Source: a virus. Taken from it: a DNA stretch of 6,124 nt. Positions 5,540-6,124 of the stretch are shown piece after piece (the first letter of the stretch is position 1; each line of letters begins with the position of its first letter). The position numbers and the translations under genes were made by a program. The notes beneath the pieces were generated by a model, which ran no database searches, had not been told where the DNA came from, and was given only the letters and a program-made list of their open reading frames with translations. The DNA lies in IMG/VR virus record IMGVR_UViG_3300020029_000001, positions 1-6,124 of that record; one strand, written 5' to 3'.

Positions 5540-5740
5540 ATGGATTGCATCGACTTTAGACCTAGTTTTGCCCCCATTGTTAACGGCTCCCCGCTTCGTT
5601 ATTCCGTTGGCATGTACCGCGGTAAGAAGCGAATTATCGTCGCCTGGTTTTCCGACGAATCTCCTGCGTTCGAGTACCTTGCTCGTTGTCGTCGTGATAA
5701 TCCTTACGCTAAGTTTGATTGTATTCAAAGTTTGTTCTAA
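5540..5740 (+). CDS. Hypothetical small protein, 66 aa, translationally coupled to Rep
   Basis: I prefer the ATG at 5540 (preceded by gaattaatttttttaacc) over the track's GTG at 5444. The 32-codon extension from 5444 would run through the structured GC-rich spacer. The stop TAA (5738-5740) shares its last base with the Rep ATG (5740-5742), reading TAATG. Confidence 0.5.
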   Translation: MDCIDFRPSFAPIVNGSPLRYSVGMYRGKKRIIVAWFSDESPAFEYLARCRRDNPYAKFDCIQSLF

Positions 5741-6124
5741 TGCCTTGTTCTTCTCCCATATGGATACGTAATCGGCGCTATTTCGACAAGAAGAACCCTT
5801 GTCGTGATGGCTCCGATGTTGCTAAGTCCGCCCTGGCCCTTCGTCCCTGGGATATCGCCCGCCAGTGGCTTATGGTTCCGTGTGGAAAATGCGAAGACTG
5901 TCTGCGTCGTCAGCGTAATGATTGGTTCGTTCGGCTCGAACGCGAGCTTGCTCGTTGTAAGGCTGATAGTCTGCAGGCTATTTTTATTACAATCACGATC
6001 GCCCCAAAGTATTATAACGAGGCTCTGCTTGATCCGTCCTGGTTTATTCGAAAATTCAACGAACGCCTACGTCACAAACTCGGTCATTCGTTTAAACATG
6101 CTTTTTTCCAGGAGTTTGGTACTC
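5740..6124 (+). CDS. VP4: Replication initiation protein VP4, N-terminal part (runs off the window end; continues at base 1 on the circle)
   Basis: The ATG at 5740 opens MPCSSPIWIRNRRYFDKKNPCRDG...WLMVPCGKCEDCLRRQRNDWFVRLERELARCKADSLQAIFITITIAPKYYNE... It has the typical microvirus VP4 N-terminus (M-x-C-x-x-P). It has a PCGxCxxC cysteine cluster (Cys codons at 5881-5883, 5890-5892 and 5899-5901). RCR motif I is FITIT (5983-5997). There is no stop before the window end, and the frame is the same as 1-807. Confidence 0.92.
   Translation, partial: MPCSSPIWIRNRRYFDKKNPCRDGSDVAKSALALRPWDIARQWLMVPCGKCEDCLRRQRNDWFVRLERELARCKADSLQAIFITITIAPKYYNEALLDPSWFIRKFNERLRHKLGHSFKHAFFQEFGT
6004..6124. repeat. 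Terminal redundancy, right copy (exact duplicate of 1-121)
   Basis: 121/121 identity with 1-121. Confidence 0.97.

Noticed and set aside
1-6124. Search for tRNA/rRNA genes, CRISPR repeats, an integrase or att sites, and IS-type terminal inverted repeats
   Set aside because: No cloverleaf-like or repeat-spacer pattern is visible, and no ORF has recombinase or transposase motifs. The only long repeat is the 121-nt terminal overlap, which circularity explains.

Overview
This window is one complete circular ssDNA phage genome of the family Microviridae. It belongs to the non-phiX lineage (gokushovirus/alpavirus-like VP1/VP2/VP4 gene set) and was linearised inside its replication gene. Bases 1-121 repeat exactly at 6004-6124, so the unit genome is 6003 nt. 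The Rep (VP4) ORF runs 5740..6003 and continues at 1..807, giving 356 aa. All credible genes are on the + strand and tightly packed. The order is Rep/VP4, major capsid VP1 (811-2604), an acidic 98-aa ORF, a 229-nt GC-rich structured spacer, a 63-aa predicted lipoprotein, and the VP2 pilot/minor capsid protein (3336-4586). These are followed by an 80-nt spacer, two ORFs of 106 and 107 aa with no function I can assign, a 217-nt structured spacer, and a 66-aa ORF whose stop overlaps the Rep start (TAATG). No tRNA, rRNA, CRISPR array, integrase or transposase is visible. The points most worth follow-up are: (1) the small lipoprotein gene directly upstream of VP2, a candidate lysis or superinfection-exclusion factor; (2) the 1.1-kb block of three unassigned ORFs; (3) two GC-rich, heavily self-complementary non-coding regions; (4) the absence of Shine-Dalgarno motifs before every gene, which points to a Bacteroidota-type host. 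All functional calls come from motif recognition by eye. No database search was run.
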